Of a DNA stretch of 34,364 nt, positions 26,438-34,364 are shown one piece after another. Both the position numbers and the translations under genes were made by a program. Numbering within the stretch: position 1 is the first letter of the stretch; each line of letters starts with the position of its first letter. Under the pieces are notes generated by a model. The model made no database searches. It worked only from the letters and a program-made list of their open reading frames with translations, and had not been told where the DNA came from. The stretch is taken from NCBI GenBank assembly GCA_018664745.1, contig JABJNS010000059.1, forward strand, positions 1 to 34,364. The letters run 5' to 3'. Source of the stretch: Flavobacteriales bacterium (GTDB lineage: Bacteria; Bacteroidota; Bacteroidia; Flavobacteriales; BACL11).

Positions 26438-27817
26438 CTAAATTAATCCTTTTATCTCGTTAATCATATTGTTTGCAAATTCATTTGCTTTTTCCTCTCC
26501 CTCACTTTCAGCATAAATCCTGATTATTGGCTCAGTATTCGACTTTCTAAGATGCACCCATCCCTCTTTAAAGTCAATCTTTAAACCATCAATAGTAGTT
26601 ATCTGCTCATTTTTATACTTATCCTCCAAAGCAGATAGAATAGCATCTACATCAATTTCTGGTGTTAACTGAATTTTATTTTTTGATATAAAATAATTAG
26701 GATAGGAATCTCTTAGCGCTTTAGCTGATATTTTTCTTTCTGCCAATTGTGTTAAAAATAATGCCACACCAATCAAGGCATCTCTACCATAATGCATTTC
26801 AGGGTAAATAACACCTCCATTTCCTTCACCACCAATTATTGCATTTGTTGCTTTCATCTTTTCAACTACATTTACTTCTCCCACTGCTGATGCTTCATAA
26901 TTTCCATTATGATTATTCGTAATATCTCTTAATGCTCTAGTTGATGATAAATTAGAAACTGTATTTCCAGGTGTTTTACTCAACACATAATCAGATACTG
27001 CAACAAGAGTATATTCCTCACCGAACATACTTCCATCTTCACAAACCATAGCTAATCTATCCACATCAGGATCAACCACAATTCCAAAATCAGCTTTTTC
27101 ACTTATTACTAATTTTGATATTTCAGTTAAATTTTCTGGTAATGGCTCAGGGTTATGAGGAAATTGTCCGTTTGGCTCACAAAATAATTTAATGCACTCC
27201 ACTCCCATTCTTTCTAATAACCTTGGGATCATAAATCCTCCAGTTGAATTTACTGCATCCAATACAACTTTAAATCCTGCAGATTTTACCAAATCACCAT
27301 CAACTAAATTTAATTTTAATACTTCATCAATATGTTTATCATTAAAGCTATCATCAAAAGTATACGTTCCTAAATCATCTACTTCTGTGAATGTAAAAGC
27401 ATCATTTTCTGCTAGCTCTAAAATCTCTTCTCCATCTTTTGCTGATAAAAACTCACCTTTCCCATTCAGTAATTTTAAGGCATTCCACTGCTTAGGATTA
27501 TGGCTAGCAGTAAGTATAATCCCACCTGCTGATTGCTCTAATTGTACAGCTACCTCAATAGTTGGAGTAGTTGATAAACCCACATCAAGAACATCAAATC
27601 CACAACCAATTAAAGTTCCCGACACAATATTGCTCACCATTTCACCTGATATACGAGCATCACGCCCAATAATTATAGTATTAGAACTATTTCCTTGTTT
27701 TTTTATAAAAGCAGCATAAGAAGCCGTAAAACGAACAATATCTAAAGGTGTAAGTGCATCCCCAACTCCTCCTCCAATTGTACCCCTTATTCCTGAAATT
27801 GATTTAATTAATGTCAT
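26438..27817 (-). CDS. glmM: phosphoglucosamine mutase (alpha-D-phosphohexomutase family)
   Basis: Motifs SGIRGTIGG, phosphoserine loop TASHNPKQWN, metal loop VVDPDVDRLA and sugar loop GGEGNGG. Start placed at ATG 27817 (MTLIKSISGIRG). The TTG at 27838 in the track overlaps a TAATTTTG -7 box. Confidence 0.85.
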   Translation of the reverse strand: MTLIKSISGIRGTIGGGVGDALTPLDIVRFTASYAAFIKKQGNSSNTIIIGRDARISGEMVSNIVSGTLIGCGFDVLDVGLSTTPTIEVAVQLEQSAGGIILTASHNPKQWNALKLLNGKGEFLSAKDGEEILELAENDAFTFTEVDDLGTYTFDDSFNDKHIDEVLKLNLVDGDLVKSAGFKVVLDAVNSTGGFMIPRLLERMGVECIKLFCEPNGQFPHNPEPLPENLTEISKLVISEKADFGIVVDPDVDRLAMVCEDGSMFGEEYTLVAVSDYVLSKTPGNTVSNLSSTRALRDITNNHNGNYEASAVGEVNVVEKMKATNAIIGGEGNGGVIYPEMHYGRDALIGVALFLTQLAERKISAKALRDSYPNYFISKNKIQLTPEIDVDAILSALEDKYKNEQITTIDGLKIDFKEGWVHLRKSNTEPIIRIYAESEGEEKANEFANNMINEIKGLI

Positions 27818-27835
27818 CTGTCTATTTTTGAGCAA

Positions 27836-27843
27836 CAAAATTA
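27836..27843 (-). promoter_or_regulatory. candidate -7 box TAATTTTG for glmM
   Basis: The reverse complement of caaaatta is an exact TAnnTTTG. There are 18 nt between the box and the ATG at 27817. Confidence 0.4.
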
Positions 27844-27875
27844 CGTAATTAAATTATTGTTTACTTAAGGATTAC

Positions 27876-27883
27876 TATCTTTG
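27876..27883 (+). promoter_or_regulatory. candidate -7 box TATCTTTG for the comA-like operon
   Basis: Exact TAnnTTTG, with 17 nt between the box and the ATG at 27901. A TTG at 27857-27859 gives a 16-nt spacer. Confidence 0.45.
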
Positions 27884-27900
27884 TTAATATTATTTAATCA

Positions 27901-28665
27901 ATGAAAGAGATACTACAACAACTTCCTCAAAGAAGTGAAAAACCTAGAGAGAAAGGGTTAACAATGATGATGGACAAAGGACTTAGCATAAGACAGGCAG
28001 AGAACTTTTTAGAATGCAACTATCAACACACTGATATTATTAAACTTGGATTTGGAACAAGTCTAATTACACCTAACATCTCTGACAAGATTAAATTATA
28101 TCAAGAGAATGGCATGGAGGTTTATGCTGGAGGAACTCTTTTTGAGGCTTTCGCAATACGAAATCAGCTTGATGATTACAAAAACTATTTACATAGAATC
28201 GGATTAGAAATGATAGAGATATCAGATGGCTCAATAGATATGGAACATGAAATGAAGTGCAGTGTTATTCAGAATTTTTCAAAAGATTTTAAAGTCATAA
28301 GTGAAGTTGGTAATAAAGATGCAAGTATTCAAATAAGTAGTAAGAATTGGGTAAAATGGATGCAAAATGAGTTATCTGCAGGAAGCTGGAAAGTTATTGC
28401 TGAATGTAGAGAAGGTGGAAATGTAGGTATTTGTAATGATGATGGAGGAATTAAAGTTGAACTAATTGATGAGATTACAAGTAAAATACCTGCTAATAAA
28501 ATATTATGGGAATCTCCACAAAAAGGACAGCAAATATTTTTTATTGAAAAATTTGGTGCAAATGTAAACTTAGGAAATATAGCTCATGATGACGTTATCC
28601 CTTTAGAATGTTTACGCCTTGGACTAAGAGGTGATACTTTTCATAATTTTCTAAACAAAAAGTAA
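27901..28665 (+). CDS. (2R)-phospho-3-sulfolactate synthase (ComA) family protein
   Basis: Collinear with my recollection of archaeal ComA. Shared elements: EKPREKGLTMMMDKGL, KLGFGTS, YAGGTLFE, MIEISDGS, WESPQKGQQ, VNLGNIAHDDVIPLECLRLGLRGDTF. Confidence 0.85.
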   Translation: MKEILQQLPQRSEKPREKGLTMMMDKGLSIRQAENFLECNYQHTDIIKLGFGTSLITPNISDKIKLYQENGMEVYAGGTLFEAFAIRNQLDDYKNYLHRIGLEMIEISDGSIDMEHEMKCSVIQNFSKDFKVISEVGNKDASIQISSKNWVKWMQNELSAGSWKVIAECREGGNVGICNDDGGIKVELIDEITSKIPANKILWESPQKGQQIFFIEKFGANVNLGNIAHDDVIPLECLRLGLRGDTFHNFLNKK

Positions 28666-29565
28666 ATGAAATATTATTTTATTCTATTTCTTAAAGGAAT
28701 GGCCATGGGAGTTGCCAATGTAATTCCTGGTGTTTCTGGAGGAACAATAGCGCTTATAACAGAAATTTATGAAGAATTAATCAATTCTCTTAAATCATTT
28801 GATATTAAAGCACTTAAAATGATATTCTCACTTAACATATCTGATTTTATTAATTACACAAACATTTATTTTTTAATTGCTGTATTTGGAGGAAGTGTTG
28901 CAAGTGTATTTAGTATAGCTAGTCTTTTTAAATATCTATTTTCAAATTACCCTATTTTAATTTGGGCATTCTTTTTTGGTCTCATTATTGCCTCTATTTA
29001 CTTTGTAGCAAAAAGAATTAACAATTGGAACTTCTCTACTTTACTAAGCTTAGTAATAGGTACATCTATTGCAATATCTTTAAGTTTTATGACTCCAGCT
29101 ACAGAAGATGCTAATCTATTTTTTGTATTTTTATGTGGAATAGTTGGAATAAGCGGAATGATGCTACCAGGACTATCAGGCTCTTTTATTTTAATCCTAA
29201 TGGGAAATTATGAATTGCTTATGGTTACAGCTGTAACAGATTTAAATATTACCTTACTTTCAATATTCTTTATAGGCTCTGCATTCGGACTTATGAGTTT
29301 TTCTCATGTATTATCTTGGGTTTTTAAACATTATAAAAACGCTACTTTAGCATTACTAACCGGATTTATCTTAGGTTCGCTAAGTATTATTTGGCCATGG
29401 AAATCAATTGCCGAAAGTATTATTATGAATGGAAAAGAGAAAATTATAGCATACGAATGGTATTTCCCTAGTAAACTTAACACTGAAACAATAATTGCAA
29501 TCTCATTAATATTCATAGGGATAATTAGCGTTTACACACTAGAATATTTTGCGCCAAAAAAATAA
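28666..29565 (+). CDS. DUF368 family membrane protein (PopT-type polyprenyl-phosphate transporter family)
   Basis: Duplicated signature loops IPGVSGGTIALI and LPGLSGSFILIL in a membrane protein with about 8 TM segments. The ATG abuts the comA-like TAA. Confidence 0.85.
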   Translation: MKYYFILFLKGMAMGVANVIPGVSGGTIALITEIYEELINSLKSFDIKALKMIFSLNISDFINYTNIYFLIAVFGGSVASVFSIASLFKYLFSNYPILIWAFFFGLIIASIYFVAKRINNWNFSTLLSLVIGTSIAISLSFMTPATEDANLFFVFLCGIVGISGMMLPGLSGSFILILMGNYELLMVTAVTDLNITLLSIFFIGSAFGLMSFSHVLSWVFKHYKNATLALLTGFILGSLSIIWPWKSIAESIIMNGKEKIIAYEWYFPSKLNTETIIAISLIFIGIISVYTLEYFAPKK

Positions 29566-30283
29566 AATAAGAACATTCGGACTTATAGGAAAAAGTCTTT
29601 CACACTCCTTTTCAAGTAGTTATTTTAATGAAAAGTTTTATAAAGAAGAAATAACAAATACTGAATATATTAATTTTGAGCTTGAAGATATTTCCAAATT
29701 CACACAACTGATAAAAACACAGAACCTTTCTGGACTTAATGTAACTATTCCCTACAAAGAAAGTGTAATTCCATTTTTAGATGATTTAAGTGCAGATGCA
29801 AAAAGCATTGGAGCTGTAAATACAATTCAATTTATTAATGGAAAACTGATAGGCCACAATACCGATATTATTGGTTTTAAAAAAAGTATTATTCCTATTT
29901 TAGAAAGTAGGAATACTGCTTTAATTCTTGGGGATGGCGGGGCAGCAAAAGCTGTAAAATTTGCGCTAAACCAACTAAATATCTCACACAAAACAGTTAG
30001 CAGAAAAGGATCATTTAATTATTTAGATATATCAATTCAAACTATTGAGTTTTACAGAATTATAATTAACACAACACCTTTAGGAATGGCTTCTGAAATA
30101 GCAAATTACCCTAAATTACCATATGAAGCATTAACCGAAAAACATTTGCTTTTTGATTTGATTTACAACCCATCAGAAACCTTATTTTTAAAATACGGAA
30201 GAACCCATAACTCAAGCACTAAAAACGGATTGGAAATGCTACAGATTCAAGCAGAAGCATCTTGGAACATTTGGAATAGTTAA
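29549..30283 (+). CDS. aroE: shikimate dehydrogenase
   Basis: Motifs FGLIGKSLSHSFS, NVTIPYKE, GAVNTI, GHNTDIIGF and GDGGAAKA. The only in-frame start before the conserved N-terminus is TTG 29549, which overlaps the DUF368 gene by 17 nt, so the start is uncertain. Confidence 0.85.
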   Translation: MRQKNKIRTFGLIGKSLSHSFSSSYFNEKFYKEEITNTEYINFELEDISKFTQLIKTQNLSGLNVTIPYKESVIPFLDDLSADAKSIGAVNTIQFINGKLIGHNTDIIGFKKSIIPILESRNTALILGDGGAAKAVKFALNQLNISHKTVSRKGSFNYLDISIQTIEFYRIIINTTPLGMASEIANYPKLPYEALTEKHLLFDLIYNPSETLFLKYGRTHNSSTKNGLEMLQIQAEASWNIWNS

Positions 30284-30303
30284 GTCGTTAAATATTAGTA
30301 AAT

Positions 30304-32118
30304 TTGCAATCAAATATCAGAAAAGTGAACGAAAACAAAGAACAAGAAACTACAGATAATTCAACTCTAACACCAGCTACAGAAGAATTAACCCCTGTGA
30401 ATAATGCTGACTTGAGCATTGATGAATTAATTTCAAAAATTGATTTACTAGCTGAAAATGAAAATCCTTATACAGTATCTAAAGAGGTGGAAGAGCTAAA
30501 ATCTATCTTTTATTTAAAATTAAAGTCTGAAACTAAAGTTGAGAAAGAAGAGGAGAAAATTATAGACTCAACTGAAGAAGAAACTAGTGAAGAGTCTCCT
30601 AAAGAAGAAAGAACACTTCATCCTCACGAAATTAAATTCAAACAAGCTTACGGGAAATACAAAAAAATAAAGTTTGAATACAGAAAAAATAGAGAAAAGG
30701 AAGAGGAGGAAAACCTTAAAATAAAAAAGACAATTATTGAGGATATTGACAAACTTACTCAAGAAGATGAATCAATAAAAAAGACTTTTGAGCATTTCAG
30801 AATCCTACAAGAACAATGGAAAAATACAGGACATGTGCCTCAAACAGAAAACAATGGTCTTTGGCAATCTTACCATCATCATGTCGAGTTATTTTATGAC
30901 TACATTAAATTAAATAATGATTTAAGAGATTTAGATTTCAAAAGAAACCTAGAAGAAAAAACTGCCATTTGCGAAAAAGCAGAAGCTTTATTAAATGAAA
31001 AATCATTTAATAAAATGCACGACAACTTACAGGAACTACATGAGCATTGGAAAAATGTAGGGCCTGTAAAAAGAGAACTTAGAGAAGAACTTTGGGAACG
31101 CTTTCAAAACATTAGTAAGACACTTAATAAAAAGCGTAACGACTACTTCCTATCAAAAAAAGAAAAAGACAAAGAAAAACTCTCAAATAAAAATACTATT
31201 TGCAAGAAAATTGACGAACTAACTACCGAAACAATATCTTCACATAACAAATGGCAAGAACTTACTAATCAATGTAATGAATTAGAAGTTGAGTGGAAAA
31301 ATATTGGCAGATTAAATAAAACCGAAAACACCCTTGCATGGAAAAATCTTAGAGCAACACTCAATAACTTTTACCATAAAAAGAATGCTTTTTACAAGCA
31401 AAAAAAAGAAGCAAGAAATACTATTCTGAAAGTTAAAATTGGTATTTGTGAAAAAGCAGAAAGCTTACAAGAAAGTACTGATTGGCAAGGAACAGGTAAT
31501 AAGCTAATTAAATTACAAGACGAATGGAAAAATGCCGGATTCTCCCCTGCTGATCAATCCAATAAAATTTGGAAACGATTTAAAGCCGCATGCGATACTT
31601 TTTTCGATGCTAGAAAAGCACACTACAAAACACAAGACAAAGAGAAGGAAGCTTGCTATAAAGAGAAAGCAGAGCTATTAAAAGAACTAAATTCTTTCAA
31701 ATCAACATCCGATTCAAAAGCTGACATAAAACAACTTAAGGAATTTGGAAATAAATGGAAAGTATTAGGGCATGTTCCTAGAAATAAAATGAAGATTAAT
31801 GATGAATTTTTCTCTTTAATAAATTCAAAATTTGAAGAACTTGGCTTAAGCAAAAAAGCGCTAGCAACCGAACAATACAAAAACAAGGTAGATTCGATAA
31901 AAGGAAACGACAAAGCCTTGAGTAGTGAAAAACAATTCCTAAGAGGAAAAATTGACAATTTGAAAAAAGATATTGCCCAGTATGAAAACAATATGTCATT
32001 TTTAGGAAACAACAAAGGAACTGAACCATTAAGAAAACAGGTAGAACTTCAGATTACAAAAGCAAATACTGAAATTGAAAATCTAAAACAAAAACTTCAA
32101 ATCCTTAATAAAGGATAA
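30304..32118 (+). CDS. DUF349 domain-containing protein
   Basis: Five or more repeats of the DUF349 pattern: QEQWKNTGHVP, HEHWKNVGPV, EVEWKNIGRL, QDEWKNAGFSP and GNKWKVLGHVP. The rest is Lys/Glu-rich and probably helical. The start is either TTG 30304 or GTG 30325. Confidence 0.85.
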   Translation: MQSNIRKVNENKEQETTDNSTLTPATEELTPVNNADLSIDELISKIDLLAENENPYTVSKEVEELKSIFYLKLKSETKVEKEEEKIIDSTEEETSEESPKEERTLHPHEIKFKQAYGKYKKIKFEYRKNREKEEEENLKIKKTIIEDIDKLTQEDESIKKTFEHFRILQEQWKNTGHVPQTENNGLWQSYHHHVELFYDYIKLNNDLRDLDFKRNLEEKTAICEKAEALLNEKSFNKMHDNLQELHEHWKNVGPVKRELREELWERFQNISKTLNKKRNDYFLSKKEKDKEKLSNKNTICKKIDELTTETISSHNKWQELTNQCNELEVEWKNIGRLNKTENTLAWKNLRATLNNFYHKKNAFYKQKKEARNTILKVKIGICEKAESLQESTDWQGTGNKLIKLQDEWKNAGFSPADQSNKIWKRFKAACDTFFDARKAHYKTQDKEKEACYKEKAELLKELNSFKSTSDSKADIKQLKEFGNKWKVLGHVPRNKMKINDEFFSLINSKFEELGLSKKALATEQYKNKVDSIKGNDKALSSEKQFLRGKIDNLKKDIAQYENNMSFLGNNKGTEPLRKQVELQITKANTEIENLKQKLQILNKG

Positions 32119-34116
32119 ATGCAATTTAAGTTAGAATCAGAATTTTCTCCTACCGGAGATCAGCCAAGCGCAATACAGCAATTAATTGAAGGCTTAAATG
32201 ATGGAGAAGGTTTTCAAACTCTACTAGGAGTAACTGGTTCAGGAAAAACTTTTACTATTGCCAATGTAATTAAAAAAGTAAATAGACCTACACTAGTTTT
32301 AAGCCATAATAAAACACTTGCAGCACAACTTTTTAGTGAATTCAAACAATTTTTCCCTGAAAATGCTGTAGAGTATTTTGTTTCCTATTATGATTACTAT
32401 CAACCAGAAGCATACATCCCAAGCTCAGGAACCTATATTGAAAAGGATTTATCAATAAATGAAGAAATTGAAAAATACCGTCTCAACACTACCTCTACCC
32501 TTCTTTCAGGAAGAAAAGATGTAATTGTTGTTTCTTCAGTTAGCTGTATCTATGGTATTGGAAATCCTGAAGACTTCCATAATGGAATTATTAATTTAGC
32601 AGAAGGAGACATTATTAGTCGTGATCAGTTTTTGCAAAAGTTAGTTTTAGCACTATACAGCAGAACAACTGCTGAGTTTACTAGAGGGAACTTCAGAGTT
32701 AAAGGAGATACAGTTGATGTTTTTTTAGCACATAATGACATTGCCTACAGAATACATTTTTTCGGAAATGAAATTGAAGAAATTGAAAGCTTTAATCCTG
32801 AAAACGGTAAAATAATTGACACATTAGAAGAAACAAGAATTTTTCCTGCAAGTATTTTTGTAGCCTCAAAAGATAAGGTGCAGGGTGCAATTTCAAATAT
32901 ACAAGATGATATGCGAAAACAAGTAGATCATTTTCAGGAAATAGGATTAAATACTGAAGCAAAAAGATTGGAAGAACGAACTAATTTTGACCTAGAGATG
33001 ATAAAAGAACTAGGATACTGCTCTGGAATTGAAAATTATTCACGCTATTTTGATGGCAGAAATGAAGGAAGCCGACCTTTCTGTTTATTAGATTATTTTC
33101 CAAATGATTTTATTACAGTAATTGATGAGAGTCATGTAACACTACCTCAAGTAAGAGCTATGTTTGGCGGTGATAGATCTAGAAAACAAAACCTTGTAGA
33201 ACATGGCTTTAGATTGTCAGCTGCAATGGATAATCGACCACTAAAATTTGAAGAGTTTGAAATGATAAATAATCAAACCATATATGTAAGCGCCACACCA
33301 GCAGACTATGAACTAGAGAAATCAGAAGGAGTAGTTGCTGAACAAGTAATACGACCAACAGGACTTTTAGACCCAATAATTGAAGTAAGACCAAGTAAAA
33401 ATCAAATTGATGACTTACTAGAAGAAATCAGGATTAGGATTGAGAAAAAAGAAAGGACACTTGTAACTACACTTACCAAAAGAATGGCTGAGGAATTTAG
33501 CAAATACCTTACAAAATTTAGCATTAAGTGTCGCTATATTCATTCTGATGTAGATACTTTAGAAAGAGTTGAAATTTTACACGGATTAAAAGAAGGAGAG
33601 TTTGATGTGCTAATTGGTGTAAACCTCCTTAGAGAAGGACTTGATTTACCTCAAGTAAGCTTAGTAGCCATTATGGATGCTGATAAAGAAGGGTTCTTAC
33701 GGTCAGAGAGAGCATTAACCCAAACAGCAGGTAGAGCTGCAAGAAACATCAATGGATTAGTTATCATGTATGCAGATAAAATCACTAATTCCATGAAAAA
33801 AACTATAGATGAAACAGACAGAAGAAGAGATAAACAAAAAGCTTATAATGAAGAGAAAGGTTTAACACCCCAACCTTTGCTAAAGAAAAAAGATAGTGAA
33901 TTAGTTAAAAACTTAAATCCTTATAAAATAACAGGGCCAAGCACAAATAAGAATACTCCAACAATTGAATATGCAAATCCTGAACAATTAAAAAAGATGA
34001 TTAGCCACACCAAAAGAGAAATGGAACGCATGGCAAAAAACCTAAATTTTATGGAGGCAGCACGCTTACGAGATGAACTACAAGATTTAGAAGAAAAACT
34101 TAAAAGTAAGGCATAA
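32119..34116 (+). CDS. uvrB: excinuclease ABC subunit B
   Basis: Has Walker A GVTGSGKTF, the DESH box (VIDESHVT), helicase motifs, and a C-terminal UVR domain (MEAARLRDELQDLE). Confidence 0.97.
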   Translation: MQFKLESEFSPTGDQPSAIQQLIEGLNDGEGFQTLLGVTGSGKTFTIANVIKKVNRPTLVLSHNKTLAAQLFSEFKQFFPENAVEYFVSYYDYYQPEAYIPSSGTYIEKDLSINEEIEKYRLNTTSTLLSGRKDVIVVSSVSCIYGIGNPEDFHNGIINLAEGDIISRDQFLQKLVLALYSRTTAEFTRGNFRVKGDTVDVFLAHNDIAYRIHFFGNEIEEIESFNPENGKIIDTLEETRIFPASIFVASKDKVQGAISNIQDDMRKQVDHFQEIGLNTEAKRLEERTNFDLEMIKELGYCSGIENYSRYFDGRNEGSRPFCLLDYFPNDFITVIDESHVTLPQVRAMFGGDRSRKQNLVEHGFRLSAAMDNRPLKFEEFEMINNQTIYVSATPADYELEKSEGVVAEQVIRPTGLLDPIIEVRPSKNQIDDLLEEIRIRIEKKERTLVTTLTKRMAEEFSKYLTKFSIKCRYIHSDVDTLERVEILHGLKEGEFDVLIGVNLLREGLDLPQVSLVAIMDADKEGFLRSERALTQTAGRAARNINGLVIMYADKITNSMKKTIDETDRRRDKQKAYNEEKGLTPQPLLKKKDSELVKNLNPYKITGPSTNKNTPTIEYANPEQLKKMISHTKREMERMAKNLNFMEAARLRDELQDLEEKLKSKA

Positions 34117-34120
34117 AAAA

Positions 34121-34146
34121 AGCGAGCATTAAGCTCGCTTTTTTTC
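34121..34146. terminator. bidirectional intrinsic terminator
   Basis: Stem agcgagc, loop attaa, stem gctcgct (34121-34139). It is flanked by an A-run and a T-run, between convergent uvrB and csp. Confidence 0.85.
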
Positions 34147-34164
34147 TATATTATATTTTGCTAA

Positions 34165-34362
34165 TTAAGCGTTTACAATATTTTTAGCTACTGGTCCTTT
34201 ATCACCTTCACCTGCTTCAAAATTAACTGCAGCTCCTTCTTTCAAAGTTTTGTATCCTTCTACTTGAATTTCTTGAAAATGAGCAAAGTAGTCAGTTCCG
34301 TCTGAACCTTCAATGAAACCATACCCTTTACTTGCGTTAAACCATTTTACTGTTCCTTCCAT
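34165..34362 (-). CDS. cold-shock domain protein (CspA family)
   Basis: [17 protein letters not shown] carries RNP1 (KGYGFI), and DYFAHF is RNP2-like. 65 aa, complete, with the ATG 2 nt from the window edge. Confidence 0.93.
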   Translation of the reverse strand: MEGTVKWFNASKGYGFIEGSDGTDYFAHFQEIQVEGYKTLKEGAAVNFEAGEGDKGPVAKNIVNA

Positions 34363-34364
34363 AA

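Noticed and set aside
27192-27719. 175-aa + strand ORF antisense to glmM
   Set aside because: It is a Ser/Pro/Thr-rich low-complexity translation lying entirely inside a well-supported gene. This is a typical shadow ORF.

Overview
This is an AT-rich chromosomal segment, roughly one-third GC by eye, and it reads as Bacteroidota, probably Flavobacteriia-like. Supporting signs are a T9SS C-terminal sorting domain, a fused CcsBA, BshB1, a Wza/Wzc pair, TAnnTTTG -7 boxes ahead of several operons, and no obvious Shine-Dalgarno signals. I call 28 protein-coding genes (one truncated by the left window edge) and one tRNA-His(GUG) with an encoded G-1. I also call four GC-rich bidirectional intrinsic terminators, six candidate promoter boxes and two tandem-repeat tracts. 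Gene content is mostly housekeeping: peptide uptake (DPP4 plus POT), two secreted thioredoxin-fold proteins, a Cu-type P1B ATPase, cytochrome c maturation, polysaccharide export, sulfur amino acid and Fe-S enzymes, GlmM, AroE, UvrB and Csp. I see no integrase, transposase, CRISPR, restriction, toxin-antitoxin or defence-type genes, and no compositional island, so I do not claim a clear novel system. Four items look most unusual. (1) A phased 21-bp tandem array fills the convergent gap at about 25045-25296. (2) A phosphosulfolactate synthase (ComA) homologue is tightly coupled to a DUF368 polyprenyl-phosphate transporter and aroE. (3) A DGGGPS-like UbiA prenyltransferase sits in an overlapping DUF2520-UbiA-Maf operon. 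(4) A DPP4 carries RWSYG instead of the canonical GWSYG nucleophile elbow. All product names come from motif and family recognition by eye on the supplied translations; no database search was run.
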